This document shows, one piece after another, positions 30,417-40,511 of a DNA stretch of 64,000 nucleotides (position 1 is its first letter; every line of letters begins with the position of its first letter). Under the pieces are notes generated by a model. That model was not told the origin of the DNA, made no database searches, and saw nothing but the letters and a program-made list of their open reading frames with translations. Source of the DNA: an uncultured Gammaproteobacteria bacterium (GTDB lineage Bacteria; Patescibacteriota; Microgenomatia; Levybacterales; UBA12049); NCBI GenBank assembly GCA_964474445.1, contig CAYYSJ010000001.1, positions 270,530 to 334,529 on the forward strand, written 5' to 3'. Both the position numbers and the translations under genes were made by a program.

Positions 30417-32180
30417 TTACTTCACAACAACACTTTTCGCCAAATTGCGGGGCTTATCTGGGTCCGCAAACCCTTTTTGAAGTGCTAATTCATACGCAAG
30501 CAATTGAGACACCACAACTTGTGGAATAATGGTGGCTATACCAATATCAGCAGTATGAATGAAAACATCAAACACAGCATTTGCTTTTGGTCCTATGCCG
30601 ATAATATATCCACCTCGTGCTTTTATTTCTTGTGCATTAGAAATTATTTCTTCATAGGTTTCGTCATATGGTGCCATAACAATACAAGGAGTTCCTTTTT
30701 CAATCAGTGCAATCACACCATGTTTTAATTCTCCACCAGCAAATCCTTCCGCATGAATATATGTTGTTTCTTTTAATTTGAGTGCTGCTTCAAGAGCTGC
30801 TGCATACGATACTCCTCTCCCGATAATATATATATGCTCTTTATTTTTTAGATAGGATGCAAGTTCTTTAATCTTTTTTTGTGTTGGTGTTTTAAATAGT
30901 TCAGTAATATTTTTTGCAGCCGCATGTAACAGCTGTTGTCCATCTGCAAATTTCTTTCCTAAATAGTATGCAGTTGAGATCAATATAGAGAGCATTGCAA
31001 TAAAGCTTTTTGTTGCAATTACTGCCTTTTCTGGTCCTGCTTGTAAAAGAACATGCATATCAGACTGCCGATATAGCGTTGAACCAAGGACATTGACGAT
31101 AGATGCAATTTTTGCACCTCTTTTCTTTGCATTTGCAACTGGATCTACAACATCAATTGTTTCTCCACTTTGAGAAATAGGAATAACAAGACTTTCAGGG
31201 GTAAGGTAATCCTCCAAATATTTAAATTCTGATCCAACAGAAAAATTAACATGTTTTTTTGCAATTTTTGAGAAGAAATATACTCCAGCAAGTGCAGCAT
31301 AGGAAGCAGTGCCACACCCGAGGAAAAATGTTCCGTAGGCTTTTTCAATAAGTGACGCAAATTGTTTTATTTGACTTTCGCCATTGAGTGCAATATTTTC
31401 AATAATTTTTGGCTGTTCATGAATTTCTTTTTCTAAGAAGTGTTTATATTCCCCTTTTTCTGCAGATTCAAATTCCCAATCAATTTTTGTTATGATCGGT
31501 TTTATTTCTTTTCCACTTGGAAGCTGGATCAGTTTCAGCGACTCACCCAGTATCACCATTTGATTATCCTCAAGAAAGATAACATCTCTGGTATGTTTGA
31601 TAATTCCTGAAACATCTGATGCAACATAGAGTCCATCATTACCAATGCCTGCAACAATTGGAGAACCATTTTTGACTGCAATAATTTCTTTTGATAAGGC
31701 ATTTGCTACGACAAACGCGTTAAATCCTCTCACGGCAAGAAATGCATTTTTCACTGCTGTTGCAAAACCTGATGATTTGAGATTTTCTTCTATAAGATGC
31801 ACTGCTACTTCCGTATCTGTTTCAGAGACAAAGGTGTGTCCTCTTTTAAGAAGTCCATCTTTTATTTCTTGAAAATTTTCAATAATACCGTTATGAACCA
31901 GTGCAATTTGTTTGTGACAGTCGAGGTGAGGATGGGCATTTGCTACTGTTACCCCTCCATGGGTTGCCCAACGTGTGTGTCCGATACCAAGGATACTTTC
32001 TGGAAGTACTGTCTTTGCATCACCAATTTTCCCAATGTGCTTTTCAACAACAAGTTTTTTCCCTTCTTTTACTGCTATTCCCCAAGAGTCATACCCTCTA
32101 TATTCCAGCAATTTGAGTCCATAGAGCACGTCTTCTGCAGCCGAATCTTTTATCCCTACATACGCAAATATTCCACACAT
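30417..32180 (-). CDS. glmS: Glutamine-fructose-6-phosphate aminotransferase
   Basis: MCGIF, LEYRGYDS, GHTRWATHG, SQSGET, ELKHG, PRNLAKSV. Confidence 0.98.
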   Translation of the reverse strand: MCGIFAYVGIKDSAAEDVLYGLKLLEYRGYDSWGIAVKEGKKLVVEKHIGKIGDAKTVLPESILGIGHTRWATHGGVTVANAHPHLDCHKQIALVHNGIIENFQEIKDGLLKRGHTFVSETDTEVAVHLIEENLKSSGFATAVKNAFLAVRGFNAFVVANALSKEIIAVKNGSPIVAGIGNDGLYVASDVSGIIKHTRDVIFLEDNQMVILGESLKLIQLPSGKEIKPIITKIDWEFESAEKGEYKHFLEKEIHEQPKIIENIALNGESQIKQFASLIEKAYGTFFLGCGTASYAALAGVYFFSKIAKKHVNFSVGSEFKYLEDYLTPESLVIPISQSGETIDVVDPVANAKKRGAKIASIVNVLGSTLYRQSDMHVLLQAGPEKAVIATKSFIAMLSILISTAYYLGKKFADGQQLLHAAAKNITELFKTPTQKKIKELASYLKNKEHIYIIGRGVSYAAALEAALKLKETTYIHAEGFAGGELKHGVIALIEKGTPCIVMAPYDETYEEIISNAQEIKARGGYIIGIGPKANAVFDVFIHTADIGIATIIPQVVVSQLLAYELALQKGFADPDKPRNLAKSVVVK

Positions 32181-32183
32181 AGC

Positions 32184-32831
32184 TTAATCTTTCAGTAATG
32201 ATACCACGTCTGCTAGGTTTGTCACTATGGCATCTGGTTCAAAGCCTGAAGGCAACTCGGCTTGGAGAGCAAATTTCCCTCTCTTTATCCATATAGTAAA
32301 AAGGTCATTTTTGAGTAATTTTGCTTTATGAAGTATGGTCACTAGGTCATCAATCAAGACGACTTTCTCTCTTTGATATGTACGCATTAACTCGGGCAAC
32401 GTCTCTTCCTTAAATTCTGCAACATGAACATGTTTTGTTTCAAAAAAATCTGATAAAGAAGAAATTTTCTGGAGTTGAAATGCTGTTTTTCCTGCTGAGA
32501 AAATTCCCAAGGCAATATTGTTTCTTTCCTGAAGTTTTTGCAGCGTCAGTAATACCTCAGGATACAATGCCTTCTTGATAGTATCTGTATCAAACCAAAG
32601 AGACTCAATTTCCTCTTCTGCTACTGTTAAGGCATGTTTCTTAGTGAAAAGCTGAGCAAATAGTTTTGGATCAAAACTTCCTTTCTGTCTAACTTCATAA
32701 TATACTTCATCTATGAGTTTTACATCTGCATGAGGAACATACGACACTAACATGTCTGCAACAAGTTGTTTAAATCGTGTTGTATCAAAAAGTGTATAGT
32801 CAATATCAAAAAGAACTATTTTCTTATTCAT
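32184..32831 (-). CDS. HAD-family hydrolase
   Basis: FDIDYTL motif I, IDD motif IV. Confidence 0.85.
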   Translation of the reverse strand: MNKKIVLFDIDYTLFDTTRFKQLVADMLVSYVPHADVKLIDEVYYEVRQKGSFDPKLFAQLFTKKHALTVAEEEIESLWFDTDTIKKALYPEVLLTLQKLQERNNIALGIFSAGKTAFQLQKISSLSDFFETKHVHVAEFKEETLPELMRTYQREKVVLIDDLVTILHKAKLLKNDLFTIWIKRGKFALQAELPSGFEPDAIVTNLADVVSLLKD

Positions 32832-34077
32832 GTTTTCTTTTTCTTACAATAGTTTTAAATTTTGTGTAATAGATACTGTCATCTTCGACATTCTCCATGA
32901 CAACAGTTGATGGTCCCACAGTCACATTGTTACCAATAATAATCCCTGGCATAATGGTCACATTGACTCCAAAATTCGTATTCTCCCCTGCAATAGCGCC
33001 AACATGAGTCCTATGTGTGTTTACAGTTTCATTTCTCACTTTTGAATGAATATATCCTCTATCTAGTCTGACGTTTGCAGTAAGAAATCCTGCAGCAAGT
33101 CTTGTGTTTGCTCCGATAATGCTATCACCAATAAAACCTGTATGAGTTGTAGTGCTTTGGAAAATAATGGAATTTTTTACTTCCATCGTTGCTCCTATGA
33201 CAACATTTTTTTCAACGATAACCCCATTACGAAGAATTGCGTTATTTCCAACAATGACATTCTCACCCAAAAAACATGGACCCTTAATACATGCTCCTTC
33301 AAGTATCTGCACCCCGTCTGAGACATACACAGGACCGACAAGGACGGCATTCGGAGCAATTCTTGCTTTTTTACTGATATGAGAACGAACATCTTTAAGC
33401 AACAGATCTTTTACAGACAACAAATCCCAGGCATATTTCAATGTTATTGTTTCCATGTGAGCAAGTGTATAACCAACTCGGCCTTCTTTCGCGTAAGCAT
33501 CAAGTGCTTTTTCAAAATGATAGTGCTCAATAGGCGTTTCTTCTAATACCGCGAGGAACTGTTTCGAGAGTAGGTACATGCCAATAACGCGCAGGCCTTT
33601 CCCCATCTTTTGTGAGGGTTTTTCGACAACATGCTTTACTTCCTTTCCGGCAACATCCAACACACCGTATTCTGCAAGAGTAACATCTTCCTTGGCAAGT
33701 AGTACAACATCATGCCGTCTATCTTTTGCTTGCAACAATTGGGGAATAGCATCTGCACATTCAAAATGATATGCACTTAAAAGAAAAAATGAATCTTCTA
33801 CGTATTCTTTTGCTGATAATAATGCATGACCCATACCAAGTGTTTCCTTTTGCACAACGTATCGAATCGACATACCAGGAATATCAGGAATCATTGAAGC
33901 AATAGAACTTTCCTCTGCTATAACAATAATGACATTTGTTACATGAGCTTTTTTTAGCGATAACAGGGTATGATGGAGAAGGGATATATCCATAAGAGGA
34001 GTAATAGATTTATGAGGAAACGATACAAATGGATAAAATCGCTTTGATTTACCTGCTGCTAAAATAACTGCCTGCAT
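32824..34077 (-). CDS. Archaeal-type bifunctional sugar-1-phosphate nucleotidylyltransferase/acetyltransferase (GlmU-like)
   Basis: LAAGKSKRF, VEKP, left-handed beta-helix hexapeptides, GDSIIG, TANVRLD, MPG. Confidence 0.88.
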   Translation of the reverse strand: MQAVILAAGKSKRFYPFVSFPHKSITPLMDISLLHHTLLSLKKAHVTNVIIVIAEESSIASMIPDIPGMSIRYVVQKETLGMGHALLSAKEYVEDSFFLLSAYHFECADAIPQLLQAKDRRHDVVLLAKEDVTLAEYGVLDVAGKEVKHVVEKPSQKMGKGLRVIGMYLLSKQFLAVLEETPIEHYHFEKALDAYAKEGRVGYTLAHMETITLKYAWDLLSVKDLLLKDVRSHISKKARIAPNAVLVGPVYVSDGVQILEGACIKGPCFLGENVIVGNNAILRNGVIVEKNVVIGATMEVKNSIIFQSTTTHTGFIGDSIIGANTRLAAGFLTANVRLDRGYIHSKVRNETVNTHRTHVGAIAGENTNFGVNVTIMPGIIIGNNVTVGPSTVVMENVEDDSIYYTKFKTIVRKRKHE

Positions 34078-34080
34078 AGA

Positions 34081-34824
34081 TTATGCTTGCACGTTGGCAT
34101 ATAATGTTTGTGCCTCTGCAAGTTCTTCCTTCGTATTGACGCCTCGCCAAGGAATATTTCCTACATTCATTGTTTCTACTTTTTCATGATGTTTCACTGC
34201 TAATTCCACTAAACTTACTAAATAATATTCACTAGTGATGTTACTTTTTTTCACTTTTGGGAGGTATTTTTTTAAGAAGTCATAGGTAAAAAGATAACAG
34301 GCGGGGTTAATTTCCTTTATGTTTCTTTCCTCATCAGTTGCATCTTTTTCCTCAACGATTTTTACGAGATTTCCCTCTCGATCTCTGACAATTCTTCCTA
34401 AACCAAATGGATTATCCTGTTCGAGGGTAAGAAAAGTAAATGCAGCTTGAGAACTCAGATGTTTTTCAATGAGTTTTGCAATGGTATCCTGTTTATAGAA
34501 TGCTGAGTCATCACCATTAAGGATTAATACATGGTTAATGGTGGCAGGAAGTTTCTCAAATCCTTTTCGAGCAGCATGCGCAGTTCCAAGTCTTTTTTTC
34601 TGTTCAGCAAAAAAAACTTTTTCACCCAGAATATTCATGACTGATTCTTTTGCAAAACCTACAACAATAACTAATGGGTGGATATTGAGACTCTCTAAAA
34701 GTTCTACAGAATGAACAATCATCGGTTTATCCGCCAACATAAGGGTTACTTTATTTGCCGTCTTTGATTTCATCCGAGAACCTTTTCCTGCTGCTAAAAC
34801 AATTGCTCCAATTTTCGGTATCAT
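34081..34824 (-). CDS. glmU: Stand-alone GlmU N-terminal uridylyltransferase domain
   Basis: LAAGKGSRMKS, LGTAHA, LNGD, GRIVR, IVEEKDA, EYYL, GVNT; ends before the acetyltransferase domain. Confidence 0.85.
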   Translation of the reverse strand: MIPKIGAIVLAAGKGSRMKSKTANKVTLMLADKPMIVHSVELLESLNIHPLVIVVGFAKESVMNILGEKVFFAEQKKRLGTAHAARKGFEKLPATINHVLILNGDDSAFYKQDTIAKLIEKHLSSQAAFTFLTLEQDNPFGLGRIVRDREGNLVKIVEEKDATDEERNIKEINPACYLFTYDFLKKYLPKVKKSNITSEYYLVSLVELAVKHHEKVETMNVGNIPWRGVNTKEELAEAQTLYANVQA

Positions 34825-36155
34825 ACTTCTGCCTCCTTTACTCGTTTAATGTTCGCCCCAAGAACAGATAATCTCTTTTCAAATGCTTCGTATCCTCTCT
34901 CCAGTTTTTCAATACCAAAAATAGTACTTTCTCCTTTTGCAGCGAGTGCTGCCAAAACAACAGCTGCACCTGCACGAATATCAATCGTTGTTAGTACTGC
35001 ATTATGGAGAGGCGTTGGCCCTGCTACCTCAATTGCATGGATATATTCATCATTATCATCCTCTAAGTTAAAGTTATACAATGTTTCTGGATTTTCAACA
35101 TGCGGGTATGCAGGTTCGATACGCGCTCCCATTTTTTTAAGATCAGTTATATACCCAAATTTATTCTCAAAAACAGTTTCATGAATAAAGGAAGTTCCAT
35201 GTGCTTGTGTCATAAGGACTGCCCAAGGAGCTTGCCAATCTGTCATAAACCCTGGATAAATTTGTGTGACAACTTTTGTCGACTGTAGTTCGCCTTTGTA
35301 GAAAAATCGCACACCTTTGGTTGTTTCCTCATAACCACCACCAGCTATTTCTATTTCGTGCAAAAATTCTTTAATATCATGACTTCTTGCTCCTTCAATA
35401 AATATGTCCCCTTTTGTCAAAAGAGCAGCAATCGCAAAGGTTACGACTTCATTTCTATCAGGACTAATGGTAAATTCTGTTCCATGGAGTTTTTCAACAC
35501 CAACAATAGTTATTTCCCGGTGATTTGTTCTTTTTACATTCCCTCCCATTGCATTGAGGAGTTCTATCAAATCATCTATTTCCGGCTCTTCTGCAGCATT
35601 TCGCAAAATAGTTGTACCCTTCGCAAGAACCGCTGCTAAGATAAACGATTCTGTTCCTGTATGTGTGCTTTTGGTGAATGTATATTCTGTAGCATGTAAC
35701 TGCTGAGCCTTTGCGTGAAAGTACCCATCTTCACTATGGTAGGTAATTTCAGCACCTAAGTGAGCAATACCATCGACAAGTCTATCAACTGGTCGTGCAC
35801 CAAGACGGCATCCGCCGGGATTTGGAATAATTGCTTCTCCCGTTCGAACTAACAATGGTGCAATAAACATCACTGAGGTTCGGGCTAATGAGGCTTTTTC
35901 AAGGGGAATTGCAGAATTAAGAATTTTTGGTATATGAACATGTGCTTCATGGTCATGTATTGTTACCTCTCCCCCCAATTCTTTGACAATTTCAGCCATG
36001 ACTGAAAAATCTGAAATAAGTGGCACGTTTTTAATCACTACTTTTTCGTCAGTCAGACATGCAGCAACAAGTGCTTTTAATGCCACGTTTTTAGAGCCAG
36101 ATACTCGAACGTTTCCAACTAATCTATTTCCACCTTTTACAACAAACTTCTCCAT
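34821..36155 (-). CDS. murA: UDP-GlcNAc 1-carboxyvinyltransferase
   Basis: SGSKN, PGGCRLGARP, NAAEEPE, PGFMTD, ETVFEN, DIRAG, RGY. Confidence 0.97.
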   Translation of the reverse strand: MEKFVVKGGNRLVGNVRVSGSKNVALKALVAACLTDEKVVIKNVPLISDFSVMAEIVKELGGEVTIHDHEAHVHIPKILNSAIPLEKASLARTSVMFIAPLLVRTGEAIIPNPGGCRLGARPVDRLVDGIAHLGAEITYHSEDGYFHAKAQQLHATEYTFTKSTHTGTESFILAAVLAKGTTILRNAAEEPEIDDLIELLNAMGGNVKRTNHREITIVGVEKLHGTEFTISPDRNEVVTFAIAALLTKGDIFIEGARSHDIKEFLHEIEIAGGGYEETTKGVRFFYKGELQSTKVVTQIYPGFMTDWQAPWAVLMTQAHGTSFIHETVFENKFGYITDLKKMGARIEPAYPHVENPETLYNFNLEDDNDEYIHAIEVAGPTPLHNAVLTTIDIRAGAAVVLAALAAKGESTIFGIEKLERGYEAFEKRLSVLGANIKRVKEAEV

Positions 36156-36161
36156 AGGTCT

Positions 36162-37598
36162 TTAAGACAGTGAAGGAGCACCTTCGTGCTCCAAAATTTC
36201 ATTTGCTATTGTATAGATGTCCCCAGCTCCCATGGTAATGATAACAGTATCTTTCCCATAACGCTTTTGACGTATGTATTGTACCACATTTTCAAGCGTT
36301 TGAGCGAAGGCTGCCTCTTTCCCTTGCTTTTTAAGACCCTCAGCAATTTGAGAGGAGGAAACAGATAAGTCTCTTTCCTCTCTTGCAGATGGGTATATTT
36401 CTGCAAGAACTACCGTATCCGCCAGATTTAATGAGTCTATAAACTGTTCGAGCAATAATTTTGTTCGAGAGTAGGTATGAGGCTGGAATAAACAGACGAT
36501 TTTTTTGTTAGGAAATTTTTCTCGAAAAGACTGCAGTGTTTTTTCGATTTCCGTTGGATGATGGGCATAGTCATCATACAAAAGTGCTCCCGTTGGTAGC
36601 TCTCCAATATATTCAAGACGCCTTTTTGTCCCGGCAAATTGTTGGAGTCCAGTCTTAATAGTATCAGGAGACAACCCAACCATTTCGCCGACAATATATG
36701 CTGCCAAAGCATTCAGGGCATTATGCTTTCCTGTTAGCTGTAACGTGAATGCATGTTTTTCTGTTTTTGAAACAAAGACGACCTTTTGTTGCCCATCAAC
36801 CCTTTCCGTATGGGAAATCGCATAATCATTATGGGAAGAAAATCCATAAGTAATAACTTTTGCTTTTGCATGCTCGATTATTTTTCGTATGATAGGGTCA
36901 TCTCCACAAACAATGGCAAGACCATCCTCAGGAAGAAATGAAACAAATTTTTCAAACGCTTTTTCCACATCTAAAAGAGTTGGATACATATCAGGATGAT
37001 CATGCTCCACATTTGTTACAACAGCAATTGATGGATTCTGCAAAAGCATTTTTGGAGTCTTATCATAATGTGGCTCGTTAGCATATTCATCTGCCTCTGC
37101 AACAAAATATTCTCCTTTTCCAAAATGTCCTGAGACACCAAGTGATGGAATATCCGAAGTACCAATCACCCAGGAAGGCTGAAGTCCTGAGAACTCCAAA
37201 ACAGTTGCAACCATTGCCGTTGTTGTTGTCTTACCATGTGTTCCTGCAATTGAAATACCTTTTTGTGTCCTTCCAAATAATTCACCCTTCATAAATTCTC
37301 CCACAGCCTGTCCTTGCGTGAGAACTGGAGTATGTTGTTCTTTTGCTGCAACAACTTCTGGATTATCAAATCCTCCATGAGCACCTGTTGTGATGACAAG
37401 ATCAGTCTCCTTCACATGTGCTTGATCAAAACCAACTACTGGAGTAATCCCAACACGATGTAACATGCTATCTGTAATAAATCCTGCTGCAATATCACTT
37501 CCTGTCACCACAAACCCTGCCTCTTTCGCAATAACTGCAAGAGGAGCCATTCCCACTCCCTTTATTCCAACAAAATGAATAGAATGAACATTTCTCAT
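36162..37598 (-). CDS. murC: UDP-MurNAc-L-alanine ligase
   Basis: GIKGVGM, GTHGKTTT, EADE, DHPD, DDYAHHPTE, FQPHTYSRT, MGAGD. Confidence 0.97.
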   Translation of the reverse strand: MRNVHSIHFVGIKGVGMAPLAVIAKEAGFVVTGSDIAAGFITDSMLHRVGITPVVGFDQAHVKETDLVITTGAHGGFDNPEVVAAKEQHTPVLTQGQAVGEFMKGELFGRTQKGISIAGTHGKTTTTAMVATVLEFSGLQPSWVIGTSDIPSLGVSGHFGKGEYFVAEADEYANEPHYDKTPKMLLQNPSIAVVTNVEHDHPDMYPTLLDVEKAFEKFVSFLPEDGLAIVCGDDPIIRKIIEHAKAKVITYGFSSHNDYAISHTERVDGQQKVVFVSKTEKHAFTLQLTGKHNALNALAAYIVGEMVGLSPDTIKTGLQQFAGTKRRLEYIGELPTGALLYDDYAHHPTEIEKTLQSFREKFPNKKIVCLFQPHTYSRTKLLLEQFIDSLNLADTVVLAEIYPSAREERDLSVSSSQIAEGLKKQGKEAAFAQTLENVVQYIRQKRYGKDTVIITMGAGDIYTIANEILEHEGAPSLS

Positions 37599-38782
37599 AG
37601 ATGCTTACTTTCTAACACTGTTGCAACAACTCTAAATTCATCCCATGGTTCTTCTCCCTTTCCATAATTCATTGATTTTTCATGCGCTTTTCCTGTGCAA
37701 ACAACAAAATCTCCTTTTTTGGCCATAGAAATTGCTTTTTTTATAGCCATTTTTCTATCTGCAATTGTATAGACTTCTACCTTTCTTTTGCTATCTATAC
37801 CATTTTGGATTTCTTGCATAATTTTTTCCGAATCTTCTTTTCGTGGATCTTCGGATGTTAGAATAATAACATCATCATAGAAAGAGGCAACCTTTCCCAT
37901 TTCCGGTCTTTTTGAGATATCTCTGTCTCCTGCACTACCAAAAACATGAATCAGTTTTCCTTCAGTACGTTCCCTCAGTGAGGATAATAATTGTTCGAAT
38001 GCATTTGGCGTATGAGCAAAATCTATCATAACGGTAAAACCCTTCTCATAAACTATCTCACTTCTTCCTCGTGGAAGAATAAATGTCTTTAATGCTTTTT
38101 CAACTATCTCATGGGAGACACCAAGCTGCATAACGGCAATTGCTGCAGCAAGAGCATTATATTTGTTATAGAGTTCCTCAATACTATGAGGAATTTTTAT
38201 ATCTGAGAAGGACATATCAACTCCATCCTTTGCGCCGTAAGTAATAACTCGGAGACTTTTTCGAAGGAAGTATTTGACTTTATGATACGAACGATCATCT
38301 TTATTCACCATTGCAATCCTAGCACGGTTTAACAGTTGTAGCTTTGCCTGCACATACTCTGCATAGGTTTTGTGGTAATCTAAATGCTCATGAGTAATAT
38401 TGGTTAAAACTCCTATCTCAAAAGGAATTCCCCACACTCTATTCTGATCGAGTGCATGGGAAGTCACTTCAAGGACAAGATACTGTCTTCCTTTTCCTTT
38501 TGCAGCTTCTGCTAAAAACTGTTGCAACTTTATCGATGAAGGGGTTGTCACATGAAACCCTATATCTGACTCTTTTCCATGGATGATCGCACCCACAGTT
38601 GAAATCATTGAGACAGGATATCCTGCTTCTTTTAAGAGGTGGTAAATAAGATTTACTGTTGTTGTCTTTCCATCAGTGCCAGTAACACCAATAACAGTTA
38701 ATTTTTTCGCGGGAAAACCATAAACGAGGTTAGCAAAGATGGCAACAAGAAGATGGTAGATATTTTTTACTTTCTGCCACAT
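37595..38782 (-). CDS. murE: UDP-MurNAc-tripeptide synthetase
   Basis: TGTDGKTTT, LEVTSH.L.Q.R, HEHLDYH, DFAHTP, FGSAGDRD..KR, EDPR. Confidence 0.95.
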   Translation of the reverse strand: MWQKVKNIYHLLVAIFANLVYGFPAKKLTVIGVTGTDGKTTTVNLIYHLLKEAGYPVSMISTVGAIIHGKESDIGFHVTTPSSIKLQQFLAEAAKGKGRQYLVLEVTSHALDQNRVWGIPFEIGVLTNITHEHLDYHKTYAEYVQAKLQLLNRARIAMVNKDDRSYHKVKYFLRKSLRVITYGAKDGVDMSFSDIKIPHSIEELYNKYNALAAAIAVMQLGVSHEIVEKALKTFILPRGRSEIVYEKGFTVMIDFAHTPNAFEQLLSSLRERTEGKLIHVFGSAGDRDISKRPEMGKVASFYDDVIILTSEDPRKEDSEKIMQEIQNGIDSKRKVEVYTIADRKMAIKKAISMAKKGDFVVCTGKAHEKSMNYGKGEEPWDEFRVVATVLESKHL

Positions 38783-38839
38783 AATACTATTATACTCTTT
38801 CTCTCTTACCAAAACCAATAAAAGATCTATAATATTTGT

Positions 38840-39148
38840 ATGGTTACAATTTCAGTTCATCAGTTAACATCCTTAAAAGAAAAAACACTTGGACTTCTTA
38901 AGAGCAAAAAAGCTTATCCAATCCTCTTTCATACTCGATTTGGTATTCATACCTTTGGCATGAGATATCCCATTGCGGTTGCAATCTTGGATAACACAAA
39001 TACCATTAAGAAATTAGAGGCAGATCTAAAACCTAATAGGCTTTTTTTCTGGAATCCTCTCTTTGATACTGTCGTTGAGCTTCCACGAGGTATGATTCAT
39101 GAATTAAGGCTGCATGTAGGAATGCAAATCGCGTTACAACGTTTCTGA
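38840..39148 (+). CDS. DUF192 family protein
   Basis: GL, IHTFGMRYPI, VVELP.G; antisense insert in the dcw cluster with own TATAAT. Confidence 0.8.
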   Translation: MVTISVHQLTSLKEKTLGLLKSKKAYPILFHTRFGIHTFGMRYPIAVAILDNTNTIKKLEADLKPNRLFFWNPLFDTVVELPRGMIHELRLHVGMQIALQRF

Positions 39149-40465
39149 TCTTTTTTTATCCCAAAATTCCCCACGCCGGGTTAACTTGGCAACATCTTTT
39201 TTATCTGCAAGAACCAATTCGACTACTCGCTCTAAAAAGAGCGTATTCTGGGATCCTTTTACAAGGACAACATCTCCATGTTGCACTGTCCGAAGAATTG
39301 CTACCTTAGCAGAAGTAACATCAGGAAAATTTTCAAAAGGAAAATCTACTTTCTTCAAAATAGGGATAGCATACTTATCCAGTTGGGGACCAATAAGAAT
39401 TGCAAAATCAACGGTTTTGATAAGCCTTTTTGCTACTTCTTCATGATGAAATTGACTTTCCTCCCCTAACTCACGCATATCACCGATAATGGCCACTTTC
39501 CTTTTTTTGCCTGCAATTTCTTTCGTAAAATCTAAAATATCCAATATTGGAGGAAGGGTTGCATTATTGTAGGTTGAGTCAATAATTGTTGTATTTTTGA
39601 TTCCCTTGAAAAAACTCAATCTTCCTGCTGGTAGAGAAAAATTCTTTTCAAGTGACGCGATACAGTCATCAACTGATAAGTCCAAAGCTCCCCCGATAGC
39701 AATCGCAAGTAAAAATTCATATGCATAATGCAGAGGTAATGGTTGGGAAATAGTAAGAGGATATGATGCACCTTCAAATTCTACCTTCATAGAAAATTCG
39801 CTTAACGTATTTTTCATGTCTTTCCCTATCAAGTCAGCATCTTTCTCTAAAGAAACAGTTACTTGGTCTGCTGCAATTGATTTTTGCGATTTTCGTATCT
39901 CTTCGTCGTCAACATTCACAATGGCAACTCCATCTGTTGAAAGTGAACGAAGCAACAATGTCTCTTGCTCAGCAGTCATTGAAAGGACTTCCTGCTGTTT
40001 TTTCTCAGGATCTATTTCCGTGGCATATGGTTCAAAATACATGCTATGTTCAAGAGACACATTTGTCACCACTCCAATCGTTGGTTGAATAATTCGGAGA
40101 AGATAGGACATATTTTTAGGCTCAACAGGACTATCAATACCCATTTCGGCAATATAATATTGGTACTTTTTCCAATTAGTCAGAAGCTGCCATGGAACAA
40201 GCAGAAAAGTAAGAAGCCATGTGAGCAGTGAAGTATCAGACATATGGATGTCTAAAATATCAAGAGGAATTCCCGTCTCACTATTTTTGCCTTCACTCCC
40301 TTTAACTGTAAATCGATCACACAACATTTCATACACAAGACGAGTTAATGAGGTTTTTCCACTGCTTCCAGCAACACCAATAATTATTGGTTGCATTTTC
40401 AGAAGTTGGAGTTTGGCGGCAAGGCGCAGGTATTCTAAGGCAACCATATAGAGAAGTTTCTTCAT
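39134..40465 (-). CDS. murF: UDP-MurNAc-tripeptide-D-Ala-D-Ala ligase
   Basis: AGSSGKTS, NSETG.P, EMGID.P, IIDSTYN, GDMRELG, LVKGS. Confidence 0.9.
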   Translation of the reverse strand: MKKLLYMVALEYLRLAAKLQLLKMQPIIIGVAGSSGKTSLTRLVYEMLCDRFTVKGSEGKNSETGIPLDILDIHMSDTSLLTWLLTFLLVPWQLLTNWKKYQYYIAEMGIDSPVEPKNMSYLLRIIQPTIGVVTNVSLEHSMYFEPYATEIDPEKKQQEVLSMTAEQETLLLRSLSTDGVAIVNVDDEEIRKSQKSIAADQVTVSLEKDADLIGKDMKNTLSEFSMKVEFEGASYPLTISQPLPLHYAYEFLLAIAIGGALDLSVDDCIASLEKNFSLPAGRLSFFKGIKNTTIIDSTYNNATLPPILDILDFTKEIAGKKRKVAIIGDMRELGEESQFHHEEVAKRLIKTVDFAILIGPQLDKYAIPILKKVDFPFENFPDVTSAKVAILRTVQHGDVVLVKGSQNTLFLERVVELVLADKKDVAKLTRRGEFWDKKRSETL

Positions 40466-40511
40466 ACTAAACGTATTATATCGCAGAAAGCTTGACTGTG
40501 AGCTATGGTAT

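Noticed and set aside
32181-32183. Possible glmS ribozyme
   Set aside because: Only 3 nt separate glmS from the upstream HAD gene; no room or consensus
35030-35110. Extra segment in MurA (YPHVENPETLYNFNLEDD)
   Set aside because: Short in-frame loop with no intein or intron hallmarks
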